DNA from: a virus
Taxonomy: Duplodnaviria; Caudoviricetes
IMG/VR virus record: IMGVR_UViG_3300049488_000015
Span: 1 to 58,930 of that record
Length of the DNA stretch: 58,930 bases
Strand: one strand, 5' to 3'
The position numbers and the translations under genes are program-made. Under the pieces are notes generated by a model. It ran no database searches and had not been told where the DNA came from. It saw only the letters and a program-made list of their open reading frames with translations. Shown piece by piece: positions 38,689 to 48,309 of this stretch (position 1 is the first letter of the stretch; each line of letters begins with the position of its first letter).

Positions 38689-39138
38689 TTATTCCCCAAT
38701 ATTATGCAGGATAGTAAATCCAGCTTTTTGAATCTTGGCAATGGATTCTAGAACTGCTTCCTGCACAAAGCCCGGAGGGGCTTGCTTTGACGAGCCATTA
38801 TTCAGATCGCCAATATAGTCTAGATTGTTTGTGATATGAACTGTTTGCCCGGGCTGATATGCCGCAAGCTTTTGGCTTCCCATTTCAACGGAAGCAATGA
38901 TGTTGTCAAGAGCTGTGGAGCCCTTTTGGCCCGGAACATAAGCATCACGAGTCCCGGTCGCTGGAGAGTTTAAATTCACTTGCCAATTCGACCGGGCATC
39001 GCCTTTATCTACGGGCGTATCACTGACCACATTAGCCAGGACAGTTTCGGCAACCTGCACAACAAGCTTATCCGCGTTTCTACTAACAGCGACGGAAGCC
39101 TTACGCATTTTCTTAGCAAGACTTCCGAAATCAGCCAT
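38689..39138 (-). CDS. HK97 gp10-like tail completion protein
   Basis: TPVDKGDARSNW; NNLDYIGDLNNGSSKQAPPGFV. Confidence 0.85.
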   Translation of the reverse strand: MADFGSLAKKMRKASVAVSRNADKLVVQVAETVLANVVSDTPVDKGDARSNWQVNLNSPATGTRDAYVPGQKGSTALDNIIASVEMGSQKLAAYQPGQTVHITNNLDYIGDLNNGSSKQAPPGFVQEAVLESIAKIQKAGFTILHNIGE

Positions 39139-39145
39139 TGTTTCC

Positions 39146-39499
39146 TCACGTTTTGGGCTGTGATGCTTTTAACTTATTTGCCTTAAACTTGAGATATGAT
39201 TCGTCCATATGTTGGATATGGTAGATCAGATCGTCGCGTTGTTCCCCGATTATAGCATGGATAAAACAATACTCGCTAATCTGCAACCATCCAATAGGGC
39301 CTTCTGTTCCGTACCCTTGACCTCTACATGACGTTAAATCCATAAACGCCATGTAGAAGAGTTCTAAACCTTGGAACAACTCCGGAGCATTTTGTATTCG
39401 ATCAGGTAAAGGCATCCTCTGCCTAAAACACTGTTCAATAATAAACTTTTCCGTAGGCCCTTGTTCTAAGGCGTAGATCAAGACCTCGCTTAGTTTTTT
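39146..39499 (-). CDS. tail assembly chaperone C-terminal extension (gpT-like), reached by -1 frameshift
   Basis: -1 frame continues from A-AAA-AAC as KLSEVLIYALEQG. Confidence 0.75.
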   Translation of the reverse strand, partial: KKLSEVLIYALEQGPTEKFIIEQCFRQRMPLPDRIQNAPELFQGLELFYMAFMDLTSCRGQGYGTEGPIGWLQISEYCFIHAIIGEQRDDLIYHIQHMDESYLKFKANKLKASQPKT

Positions 39500-39909
39500 G
39501 CGTCGGCTTCCAGGATTTCCGAACGGAACAGGGCAGCACGAGTGGCCTGGTTCTGGATGTCCGCCCACAGGTCGGGCAGGTCGTCCATCAGCTTCGTGAA
39601 GTTGGCCTGGTTGAAGGCAAGTTCATTGCCGTCTTGGTCTTCGACGTTTTCCCAACCCAGAACAACGGATTGAGCATAAACTTCCTTGGTCAGCTTTTCA
39701 GCGACAGCGTTGTCCAGAGTTTCGTTCTGGATCTGGCGACGGTAGGGCTTGATTTTGGATTCGAGCAGCTTGGCGTAATGCGTATTGGCGCCGCCAGCAC
39801 GAGCGATACGAATCGAGATAACCTTCTTCTTCGAATTCAGACCGTACTCGAGAACGACACCATCTTTTTCGATGTTTTTGTCGGTTTGGAATTGTGCGTA
39901 AAGGGACAT
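39490..39909 (-). CDS. tail assembly chaperone (gpG-like)
   Basis: Follows the major tail gene; ends GCA AAA AAC TAA slippery site. Confidence 0.85.
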   Translation of the reverse strand: MSLYAQFQTDKNIEKDGVVLEYGLNSKKKVISIRIARAGGANTHYAKLLESKIKPYRRQIQNETLDNAVAEKLTKEVYAQSVVLGWENVEDQDGNELAFNQANFTKLMDDLPDLWADIQNQATRAALFRSEILEADAKN

Positions 39910-39932
39910 TTTTCACTCCGGGTTGAGTTAAT

Positions 39933-39959
39933 AAAAAAGGGAGCAGATGCCCCCTTTTT
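39933..39959 (-). terminator. Rho-independent terminator after major tail gene
   Basis: Minus strand AAAAAGGGGGCATCTGCTCCCTTTTTT. Confidence 0.75.
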
Positions 39960-39976
39960 GTGAAGCAGGATAAAGC

Positions 39977-41497
39977 TTACACCCCGCCAGCAGCATCCGG
40001 CAAGTAGTTGAAGGTTTGGAACAGAAGCGTATGTCCAAACTTCGATTCCGCAGCCGTTGTTTCCAGCGGAAGGGTGATCGGCTGGTCTTGTTCAACAGAC
40101 AAGCGACCATCGCCCAACGACAGGAGCGGAACGTCCCAAAGCAGAGCCTTGTTCTTCTTCTGCATAATAACATCCAGTGTAACGTCGCTGTTATTGCGAA
40201 CAGCAGAAACCGCAGTTGTGGATGCAAAGTATGCAGTGAGCGAACCACCGACTTCGAAAGTACCGACCGACGTATCGAAAGCACCAAGAACGCCAATTGC
40301 CTTGTTCGGGCTGACACCGTTCTTGATATCCAGCTTCATTTCTGTTGCAAAAGCGAACAGCGGAAGCGGGGCCGGATCAGTTGCCGACACAAGCGCAAGC
40401 TTGATACGGGCAAAGTCCGACGAGGTATTGAAGGCAGAACCTTGGACAAGTGTCGGACGTGTGCCAGACTTGACACCAGTTGCGCCGGTACGTTGTTCGT
40501 TATCAACAGCAACGAACGACAGATCCATCGTAACCTTGTCAGCTTGAGCAATGGTAAGACCAAGCTCATTGGCAACAGCACCAACCAAGTATTCCGACTG
40601 TGTGCCGGAACCGTCGTCACCGAGGGTGCGTTCAATCTGGAGAGTACGGCGCTTGATGAGAGCGGCGGTACTTTCGTTCTTGATAACGTCACCGTAGAAG
40701 ATACGGATAGTCTTGCCTGTGCCAACTTCAGCGCCTGCACCTGTCCAGGAAATCTTGTCGAATTCGAGGTAGGTTGAAGCAATTGCACTGATGCGAGCAA
40801 AGCCCTTGTTGATGCTGAAAGTCGTACCAGCCAGATCGCCACCGAGGTAGATCCACTCGCCCGGGATAAGGCCCAGTGTGGTCATATTGGTCGTGGTAGC
40901 CGTGAGGCGAACCAGCGAACCGTTCATGGTGATGGAAACATCAGCAGACGGGAACTGGAAGCCAACAACAGACAGGGATGCCGCAGCCGTCGGAGCTTCA
41001 GTAACTGGAGCTTCAACAGTGACCACAGTAGTCGCCGTCGAGGATGCCACCGTAAAGACACCATTGTTGGCCGCAGTTGTGAAGTCGGCAGCAAGCACGA
41101 GATGGTTGGCAACAAAACCTGTACCGTTTGCAGACACGGTAAAAGTCTTGGTTCCAGATGTGACAGCAGAAATGGTATCCGCTGTGCCGTTCATCGGAAT
41201 TGTCTTTTTCTTTTCACGGATATCCGCGAACATGAAAGCTTGCAGCAGACGAGTCGTGTTCGTCATTGTCAAGTCTTGGTTGAAACCGCCGGACGCATCC
41301 AGGTCGGTTGTGACACCCTTTTTGCGCTGGCGAGCCGCATTGATCGGGTTACGAGCAACCGTTGTAATCTGACCGCCAAAGTCGGAGTAGGAGTTCGGTT
41401 CCAGCGGATACCAGACCGGAGTACCCGGGAGTGTTTTCAGGGACAGTTCTTCAGCAAAGCGAAGCCCTGTGATGTTACTGTCAATCTTGTTTGCCAT
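39977..41497 (-). CDS. major tail tube protein
   Basis: 506 aa, IDSNITGLRFAEE start; strongly biased codons; upstream of the chaperones. Confidence 0.88.
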   Translation of the reverse strand: MANKIDSNITGLRFAEELSLKTLPGTPVWYPLEPNSYSDFGGQITTVARNPINAARQRKKGVTTDLDASGGFNQDLTMTNTTRLLQAFMFADIREKKKTIPMNGTADTISAVTSGTKTFTVSANGTGFVANHLVLAADFTTAANNGVFTVASSTATTVVTVEAPVTEAPTAAASLSVVGFQFPSADVSITMNGSLVRLTATTTNMTTLGLIPGEWIYLGGDLAGTTFSINKGFARISAIASTYLEFDKISWTGAGAEVGTGKTIRIFYGDVIKNESTAALIKRRTLQIERTLGDDGSGTQSEYLVGAVANELGLTIAQADKVTMDLSFVAVDNEQRTGATGVKSGTRPTLVQGSAFNTSSDFARIKLALVSATDPAPLPLFAFATEMKLDIKNGVSPNKAIGVLGAFDTSVGTFEVGGSLTAYFASTTAVSAVRNNSDVTLDVIMQKKNKALLWDVPLLSLGDGRLSVEQDQPITLPLETTAAESKFGHTLLFQTFNYLPDAAGGV

Positions 41498-41503
41498 TTC
41501 GAG

Positions 41504-41908
41504 TTACCTCACTTCGTCAAAAGAAAAGTCCGTTAGGACATCCACTTGCTCAAAGGCTCCGCTTGCCCCTTGTTCGCGAATCCGTGTGTTGCGGAACCAC
41601 ACGTCCAACCTTGCATCTTCATAGGCGTTGGAAACCATTTGAGCCAGCTGATACGCTTTTGTTTGACCGCCACCAACAGGCACAAAAATCTGAACTGCTA
41701 AAATTCCATACCGACCGAAACGACGAGTACCATGCTCACCTGCGAGCGTCGTTTGCTTGCCGTCGGTATGCTTTAAAACTACCCTTGCCCATGGCGTTTC
41801 CTCGCGCGGAGGGGTGCCAGGGAGGTCGCCCCATACAACAGGCCACTCGCTGTCCCACACAGCATGGAAGATACTGTAAATGTTATCACGAGCTTCTTCG
41901 TAGGTCAT
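41504..41908 (-). CDS. tail terminator protein
   Basis: PWARV, GILAVQIFVPVGGG; position. Confidence 0.75.
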   Translation of the reverse strand: MTYEEARDNIYSIFHAVWDSEWPVVWGDLPGTPPREETPWARVVLKHTDGKQTTLAGEHGTRRFGRYGILAVQIFVPVGGGQTKAYQLAQMVSNAYEDARLDVWFRNTRIREQGASGAFEQVDVLTDFSFDEVR

Positions 41909-42294
41909 CGAGCTATACCAAAAATGTAGATGATTGTTTGTTCAGCTGGACACAACGTCTGCGACCAGATAACTTTCCAAATTGTACCATCAATATCTTT
42001 GATTCTTGTAATTTTATCTTCAAGTCCTTCTGCCACGGCTGCACAGATTGCAACCTTAGTAGAACGTTTCAAAAGGTCTTTATCTTGAACGATAATGCCA
42101 AGGTCTTTACCGATAGGGGCAATGAATGCACAAGGCACGGAACGATATTCCATGACCACATCTTGCTCGGTAGTACCCTTCCAAGGTTTGCTCAAATCCG
42201 AGGTATTTGTTCCAAGCGTCTGCAATGTAACGAGTTTGCCTTCTTCCGTCAGCAGCTCATGTGCCAGCAAGACAAATTCGCTATAATCAGCCAC
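41905..42294 (-). CDS. head-closure/head-tail joining protein
   Basis: Position and size; ATGA overlap. Confidence 0.65.
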   Translation of the reverse strand: MADYSEFVLLAHELLTEEGKLVTLQTLGTNTSDLSKPWKGTTEQDVVMEYRSVPCAFIAPIGKDLGIIVQDKDLLKRSTKVAICAAVAEGLEDKITRIKDIDGTIWKVIWSQTLCPAEQTIIYIFGIAR

Positions 42295-42799
42295 GAATCA
42301 CCATCCCTCCGCTTATGCGGATCAGCCCCTTCAAAAGAGCATCTGCTGCCGGGTAGGGGCGAATAATGGTACGGATCGTTCCAGCACCTTGATACTGATA
42401 ACGAGTTTCTTTTTCAATCGGGCCGACCTTTTTACGGGTTCGTTCCAGGCCAAGACCCGTAGGGTCAATCAAAGGATCGGGAAGGAGTTTTGCTGCCAGA
42501 GCACGGACAGCATATTCGCAGCAGGCACGTTTGAGGCCAATAGGCATTTCTGCAAAGGAGATACTCACTCGCGGAAAGCTCAGGCCTTGAACTGTTGTCT
42601 TTGCTTCACCAAGGAACAAATGGCTAAAGCGAAGTTCAATATAATCTGTTGCTTGTATCAGAGCAGCTTGTTTCGCAGCAGCAATTCCAGTCCAGGCTGC
42701 ATTTGCTCGGTCTGTAAAATAGGCATCAGCAAATGCAACATCACAATAAGCATTTGCATCTGCAATCCCTGTGCCATCTTCTACAGTAAAGGTCATCAT
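42287..42799 (-). CDS. head-tail adaptor (DnaT-like family)
   Basis: VEDGTGIADANAY, QATDYI, QGLSFPR, KVGPIE. Confidence 0.82.
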   Translation of the reverse strand: MMTFTVEDGTGIADANAYCDVAFADAYFTDRANAAWTGIAAAKQAALIQATDYIELRFSHLFLGEAKTTVQGLSFPRVSISFAEMPIGLKRACCEYAVRALAAKLLPDPLIDPTGLGLERTRKKVGPIEKETRYQYQGAGTIRTIIRPYPAADALLKGLIRISGGMVIRG

Positions 42800-43209
42800 T
42801 ATTCCTTTGCAGGCAGATCACATTGGACATCGTCCGTGTCAGCTGTAATCAGTTCAGTAATCAGCTCCGCAAGCTTTTTACGGGCATTAAGATCGCAAGT
42901 GCACATACCTTCCACAATTGTTTCAATTGCGATAAGTACAGCACGTTGATTCGACAAACGGCGTTCAAGCTTGCGCTGATCGCGGTTCATTGTATTGATT
43001 TCGGATTGCTGTTTATTGATAACAGCTTCCAGGCGATGAATTTCGCTTTCCAGACGGTCGATCACATTACCTTCTGCTGTTGTAGATTTGATTGCAAGTT
43101 TATCAACATGAAATGTACGGATCACCCAACGGAGGAGCCAGAACATACCGCCGCCCGCTGCCAGACCGCCAATTGTGTAGTTTGCAACTTCCGATGTTTC
43201 AACAGCCAT
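42799..43209 (-). CDS. membrane-anchored coiled-coil protein (lysis-associated?)
   Basis: N-terminal hydrophobic segment plus heptad region; start uncertain (43209 or 43257). Confidence 0.6.
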   Translation of the reverse strand: MAVETSEVANYTIGGLAAGGGMFWLLRWVIRTFHVDKLAIKSTTAEGNVIDRLESEIHRLEAVINKQQSEINTMNRDQRKLERRLSNQRAVLIAIETIVEGMCTCDLNARKKLAELITELITADTDDVQCDLPAKE

Positions 43210-43678
43210 TTTGTGCTTCCCGATTATCCCTGCGATCACATTTGCCGCCGTAGTCACTTGCTCGACGTCCTTTTACTTCATAACCGGATCGGATCCAGAC
43301 CCATCCAGCAGATAAAACCAAAGCAGCTTCACCGCTGATTGCAGCCGGGGGAGGGGAAACACTCAAATACATGCTGATAACCACATATAGCCACAGGGCT
43401 AGGTTCCATCCAGCAAAGTATGTTGCAAACCTCGAATGGTAGTCCCCTTTGAACAATATTCCAAACTGTGTCAAAGCAGACATCAAGAATACAAGTCCCC
43501 ATGCGTTTTCGCTCATCACATGAGCCATCACAGTATATGTGGGACGACCAAATGTTTCGCCGGGCCAAAGCAATGTAATTGCCCAAATCAATTCCGCAAG
43601 ACCAAGAGTGAATCGAACGCCGTGTAAATCAGAAAAGAAAACAATTGACAATATTTTATCAACGGCGTTTGTCATCAC
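43199..43678 (-). CDS. multi-pass membrane protein (holin candidate)
   Basis: About four hydrophobic segments; directly after the endolysin. Confidence 0.65.
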   Translation of the reverse strand: MMTNAVDKILSIVFFSDLHGVRFTLGLAELIWAITLLWPGETFGRPTYTVMAHVMSENAWGLVFLMSALTQFGILFKGDYHSRFATYFAGWNLALWLYVVISMYLSVSPPPAAISGEAALVLSAGWVWIRSGYEVKGRRASDYGGKCDRRDNREAQNGC

Positions 43679-44211
43679 ATACCACTCAAAAATAAGTTAT
43701 ATTCAACAAACCGACGGCGTATCAATCCTCGAAATACAATACCGTTAGATTTGTTCCACTTCTTGAATTCTTCAGCTGCTGCCCTTAACTCTCCGCAATT
43801 AATCAAGCGAAGTAGGGTTGAAATCTGTAAGTTGCCAGCACCGCAGTTGAACACAAAATCTATGAGGGCTGCAAGCTGCTCTGCTGACAACGGAATTTTA
43901 ACAAGTCTCTTAACAGAAACAAAAGCTTTATTAAGGTTGATCCCAAAATCTGAGTCCGCTTGTTCCTGAGTTATTCTTGGATATGTCTCATGCAACCATA
44001 GATCAACTTGCTTGCGAGTCCATCCGTTTTGCTGCATGATTGTTTGGAGACGCACTCGCGACAGGAGATTTCCCCATCCGTTTGTTGGATAACCGGCGCA
44101 ATCCCAATAGGCATCAAGTGAGCATTTTTCAAACGGCTTTGCGAGTTCCTCTGCCAAAACCAAAGGCGATTTGACGACTTGACCATAGGATAGGTTCCAG
44201 TCTAATTTCAT
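43675..44211 (-). CDS. endolysin, GH24 lysozyme
   Basis: E-x8-D-x5-T triad (FEKCSLDAYWDCAGYPT); ALIDFVFNCG; GLIRRR. Confidence 0.92.
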   Translation of the reverse strand: MKLDWNLSYGQVVKSPLVLAEELAKPFEKCSLDAYWDCAGYPTNGWGNLLSRVRLQTIMQQNGWTRKQVDLWLHETYPRITQEQADSDFGINLNKAFVSVKRLVKIPLSAEQLAALIDFVFNCGAGNLQISTLLRLINCGELRAAAEEFKKWNKSNGIVFRGLIRRRFVEYNLFLSGM

Positions 44212-44215
44212 GTGG

Positions 44216-44620
44216 TCACTTCACAAGTTCAAACTTACAATTTTCAGTTCCGGGAATAATTGTCATAGGGTAATAGACTTTTCGTTCCCAACGATCTTTT
44301 GCATGAGGATTCGAAGTAGATTTTTGATCGTCCGGGAGCCATTGCAAATTAAAGACTGCATCGCAACCACCGCAAGCCAACGGAATAGTATGATCTTTAG
44401 CCCATCCAGGGCAAGCACCTGTTGTTAATCCAGTAGAAGGACAAGGATGCAGTTTTTGAAAATTCTTCAGAATAAACTGACTGCGGATGATGTCCCCATT
44501 TGCATCGCGTTTCGGAATACCGCAAAAGCGAATATCAACAGGTTGTTCAGCGCCAAATGTGCTTCCAAGGTTGAAAGCAGCAAATGTGATTGTAATAAGA
44601 AAGACAAATAGTTTCATCAT
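44216..44620 (-). CDS. HNH-family protein with N-terminal signal peptide
   Basis: MMKLFVFLITITFAAF leader; HPCPSTG...CPG..DHTIPLACGG.D...NLQWL. Confidence 0.75.
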   Translation of the reverse strand: MMKLFVFLITITFAAFNLGSTFGAEQPVDIRFCGIPKRDANGDIIRSQFILKNFQKLHPCPSTGLTTGACPGWAKDHTIPLACGGCDAVFNLQWLPDDQKSTSNPHAKDRWERKVYYPMTIIPGTENCKFELVK

Positions 44621-45165
44621 TGACCCTTTGCAGCATTCATGGCAGAACCACCAAAAGCAGCTTTGGCAGAACGATTACCGAACCAGTACGACAAGACTAA
44701 GATTACAATGCCGCGATCTTCCGCGCCCCATACTTGCAACAGCGCAACACTGAGACCGCTGGAGGCTGTCTTTGCAATAGCGAGCTCGGCCCACTTAACA
44801 GCAACGTAGAAACCAAAGGCAGCATAAGTAATTCCCGGTCGTACCATTCCAGCAAGGAAATCAAGAAGGCAGAACAAATAAAAAGCGGGGTACAATGCCC
44901 AACCCGATAAGCCTTGACCTTTTGCAGCATCCAAAAGCTGTACCCCGAAACTGGATTGCGGCTTATGAAGTTCAATAGCCTCGCTGATCTCTCCTTGCGT
45001 ATTGATTTCTTCCATCTTGTAAAGATGGTCTTGAGCACCTTTCTTCATCTGCAAATCCATCATTGCAAGTTCGTGCTCGTTATCTTGTTTTTTGTTGTAG
45101 TATTTCAAAACTTCCGGAATGAACGGAGCTGAAAAACCAACAAGAGCAGAAATAATTTCAATCAT
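44617..45165 (-). CDS. 3-TM holin-like protein
   Basis: KKQDNEHEL, VRPGITY, LSYWFGNRS; GGAG SD before MIEII. Confidence 0.7.
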   Translation of the reverse strand: MIEIISALVGFSAPFIPEVLKYYNKKQDNEHELAMMDLQMKKGAQDHLYKMEEINTQGEISEAIELHKPQSSFGVQLLDAAKGQGLSGWALYPAFYLFCLLDFLAGMVRPGITYAAFGFYVAVKWAELAIAKTASSGLSVALLQVWGAEDRGIVILVLSYWFGNRSAKAAFGGSAMNAAKGQ

Positions 45166-45613
45166 TTTGTCTCCCTTTGACCACATTAATCGCACAGACT
45201 TCCCAAAGGTCTTGAGGAGTCACACGCCATGCTTCTTTATTGATAAGTGCTTTTCCTGCCTTAGCACAGCACCATGCAACAAGTTCAGAACAGAACCATT
45301 TATCATCTTCTTGCCAGTTACGATGAAGTTCCATTCCAAACAATGCTGTGAGGTCGTAACCCTTTCCAAACTGCAAGCGAGCAAAGTCCAGAGCAGCACG
45401 AGGAACATCCACATCCAAAACAATAAGTCTTGGATAGTGTGCATATAATTCTTCTGCAAGGTATTCCGTCACACCTCCTTTACCATAGCGGGAATCAATT
45501 GCAGTATGTGTTTCCTCATCGATAAATCCAACATGGGAAAAATCGCTCCACGTCAGAAAACGAATAAGCTTGGAGCCAAGCAGATCGGTATCCGCAAAAA
45601 AGATTTTGACCAT
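45158..45613 (-). CDS. permuted papain-like NlpC/P60 enzyme (YiiX/YaeF-like)
   Basis: FSHVG...GKGYD...WFCSELV...VTPQDL. Confidence 0.85.
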   Translation of the reverse strand: MVKIFFADTDLLGSKLIRFLTWSDFSHVGFIDEETHTAIDSRYGKGGVTEYLAEELYAHYPRLIVLDVDVPRAALDFARLQFGKGYDLTALFGMELHRNWQEDDKWFCSELVAWCCAKAGKALINKEAWRVTPQDLWEVCAINVVKGRQND

Positions 45614-46069
45614 TTAAGGCTCCCACCGTTCTTCAGGCTGAACTTGATTATGAATAATCTCGTCTGCACGAGACATATCTAGGATACCTAATGCAACAAG
45701 TTGATAAAGACCATATTGCGTATCCTGACGCTCAAGGTCAATAAACTTTGCATTGTCCGAATCTTTTGCATAAACGCGAAGCGATGCTGCAATCTGACGA
45801 GCCTGAAAAGGTGCGGTTTTGTCGTCAAGCGACATAAGTTCAAGTGCAACCTTTTCCGCCATATGGAAACGATTGCGAAAAGCTAGAACTGTAATCTTCC
45901 GCGGTTCGTTCGGAGGAGCAATAGAAATTTCGGAAGGTTGATTACCTGCATTGCACCATTCAACATATGCAACATAATCAGGATCATCAACTGTTTGAGC
46001 TGGAGCAACCTGCTTCCCGTCTGAATCTCGGGTCACACTTCCAGTTGCAAGATTCAGTGTATAAGACAT
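45614..46069 (-). CDS. fibre assembly chaperone-like protein
   Basis: DYVAYVEWCNAGNQP; ITVLAFRNRF; follows the fibre gene. Confidence 0.6.
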   Translation of the reverse strand: MSYTLNLATGSVTRDSDGKQVAPAQTVDDPDYVAYVEWCNAGNQPSEISIAPPNEPRKITVLAFRNRFHMAEKVALELMSLDDKTAPFQARQIAASLRVYAKDSDNAKFIDLERQDTQYGLYQLVALGILDMSRADEIIHNQVQPEERWEP

Positions 46070-47193
46070 TAGTAATCCGTTTCAATATAGATATTGAGAA
46101 TGTCCAAACCACAAGCAAGAAGCGTGGCATTATTTGTCCGCCAGGCGCGATGTGCCAACAGCGTTGTATTCAAAGGAGTTTGTGTCCCGGGAGTTCCAGG
46201 AGTGATTGTATTTTCATAGACAAACGTTGTCCCAACTCGCTCAAGACGAACATTAACAACACCATTCGAATTAGGAGAACAAAATATTGTCAAATCATAA
46301 ACAATACCGTTTGTGGCGCCAACACCTGCCATAGGTGGGAAGTTAGTTCCAAGAGCAACTGCTGTCTGTGCCGCAGAACCACCATAGACAAGGTAAAGCT
46401 GAGTTGCATCTGTTGAAAGCTGTGCAATACCGATTGCATTTGTCAGCGTACTAGGTTCAACATTTGTTGGAGTTGTTGTTTGGGAAGTAACACCAAAAAA
46501 CGAACGAGCACCAGAAACAGCCGCAGCATCTGTGATTGCAAAACGACACGAATAAAAGAAACCGCCAAGACCTGCTCCATCGCCTGTGGTGAATTGTGCA
46601 GCGCCTGTAAATTGTCCGCAAAAGGCCGCAGCCGTTGCAGCGGAAACATAACCAATACGACGTGTTCGAGTCAGAAGATTTGTTGTTGCAACATTTCGAG
46701 CCGTTGCCGTTCCGATTGCAGTTGGAGCTGTAAAACCATTCACGCCGGGAGTTGTTGTTGCATTACCCGGAGGTGTCCAGATACCAACCTTTTGACGCCA
46801 GATAGATGGTTGCAAACAAGCATCCATATTTGCAACACCAACCATTGCAGGAAAGAAACGATTTGCAATCTTCTTGCAAAACATCTTGACTTTACCTGTA
46901 GCTGGAGCAACAACAGATGCTTGCTCTATCAAGACTAGGTCGCCATTATCAACTTCAATATTAGCTGCACCTGCAAAGGCACCTACATTATTGTATTGTA
47001 GCTCACCAGAATTGCCAGCAGGCGAACCTCCACCACCAGCAGAGCCAGCTGTCCAAATTGTACCGTTCCAATAGACAGGTTTTGTCAGTGCGGTACTCCA
47101 GGCCCAACCAGGCCCAGATGGTACGGGTGTCGTCGCACCCTCCGCCACTGCAATCTGCGAGAGGGCAATAGTGCGGAGGGCTTGAATTGACAT
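46069..47193 (-). CDS. fibre/receptor-binding protein
   Basis: Gly/Thr/Ala-rich; GGGGSPAGNSGELQYNNVGAFAG fibre repeat. Confidence 0.65.
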   Translation of the reverse strand: MSIQALRTIALSQIAVAEGATTPVPSGPGWAWSTALTKPVYWNGTIWTAGSAGGGGSPAGNSGELQYNNVGAFAGAANIEVDNGDLVLIEQASVVAPATGKVKMFCKKIANRFFPAMVGVANMDACLQPSIWRQKVGIWTPPGNATTTPGVNGFTAPTAIGTATARNVATTNLLTRTRRIGYVSAATAAAFCGQFTGAAQFTTGDGAGLGGFFYSCRFAITDAAAVSGARSFFGVTSQTTTPTNVEPSTLTNAIGIAQLSTDATQLYLVYGGSAAQTAVALGTNFPPMAGVGATNGIVYDLTIFCSPNSNGVVNVRLERVGTTFVYENTITPGTPGTQTPLNTTLLAHRAWRTNNATLLACGLDILNIYIETDY

Positions 47194-47194
47194 A

Positions 47195-47986
47195 TTAGCT
47201 GCTTACCTTGACACGATAGGCAGCAGCCGCCGGGGCGCTATCCATAACGATGGTGATTGTATTGACCGAGGTATGCTGGACTTCAGCAAGAACTTCGTCA
47301 AAGTTGCCACTGTTACGATAAATTGTAACATCCACATCCTTGGTATTCAGGTTGTGTGTGATAACAAAGGAAGTTGCAGAACCATCGCCAAAGTTGGCAG
47401 CAAACTTCTTGGAAGAGAAAACAGAAGTTGCAAGCTTCAACGGCGTAACAGCGCGAAGGTCGTCCGTACCAGCATCGGTTTCAGCTTGAGTTGCAAGCTC
47501 CATGATACCAGCAGAAGTTTCAGATGCTGCACCAGCAGACGAGCCAAAAACAGACCAAGTTAGTGTCGTAGTACCAAGCGTGACATTGACCACAGATTGA
47601 CGGTAGGTTATTCCAGCATTCGTGCCTTCTTCCACCGTCGTACAAGCTTGCTCAACTTCAGCAGCAACGCTCATGTCCAAAGCACGAGTCATTGGCGTAG
47701 CAGCACCGTTCCAGATGTAAATACCGTTTTCAGCGCCAGCTGTTTGAGCACGGACCAAGACGCGATCATTCGCAGCCATGGCAATGCCGTCAATTGTTGC
47801 ACCAGGCGAAGCCAGTGTCAGGTTTGCCTGTGTGGAAACGCGAACGCTGTCTTTCCAGGCAATACCTTCAATGGCACTATCGACATAGGCCTTTGTGGCA
47901 GCATCTTGGGCACCAATCGGATCAGGAAGGCTAGTGATCTTGCGGACACCGCCAAAGTCCATACTACGTTGAACATCAATAGCCAT
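47195..47986 (-). CDS. head/tail fibre protein
   Basis: DAATKAYVD, DRVLVRAQT..ENGIY, ATQAETDAGTDDLRAVTPLKL, THNLN. Confidence 0.72.
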   Translation of the reverse strand: MAIDVQRSMDFGGVRKITSLPDPIGAQDAATKAYVDSAIEGIAWKDSVRVSTQANLTLASPGATIDGIAMAANDRVLVRAQTAGAENGIYIWNGAATPMTRALDMSVAAEVEQACTTVEEGTNAGITYRQSVVNVTLGTTTLTWSVFGSSAGAASETSAGIMELATQAETDAGTDDLRAVTPLKLATSVFSSKKFAANFGDGSATSFVITHNLNTKDVDVTIYRNSGNFDEVLAEVQHTSVNTITIVMDSAPAAAAYRVKVSS

Positions 47987-47997
47987 TTAATTTCTCC

Positions 47998-48309
47998 TTA
48001 GGAACAGACGGCGTAACCAGCAGTTACATTATCAAAAATCACTTGCACCTGATTGACAGAGGTATGGATAACCTCCGCCATCATTTCAACACCACCAACA
48101 CTAAAAACGCCCACTAAAGGGCGCCGTCCTAGATTGTGGTTAATCACCCATGTTGCAATCGGGGTCAAAAACTGAAAAGGAGGAAGGCTCGCTCCACCAC
48201 TTGCTCCAGCAGGCCCTTGACCAACTACAAGAGTTGATTTAATTTCAGGAGGCGATTGGACAACAAGTTGAAGAGGCTGCGGCGTTTGAATTACAAGGTT
48301 AAACGACAC
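47998..48309 (-). CDS. small fibre-associated protein
   Basis: GQGPAG; WVINHNLGRRP resembles the C-terminus of 47195. Confidence 0.65.
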   Translation of the reverse strand: MSFNLVIQTPQPLQLVVQSPPEIKSTLVVGQGPAGASGGASLPPFQFLTPIATWVINHNLGRRPLVGVFSVGGVEMMAEVIHTSVNQVQVIFDNVTAGYAVCS

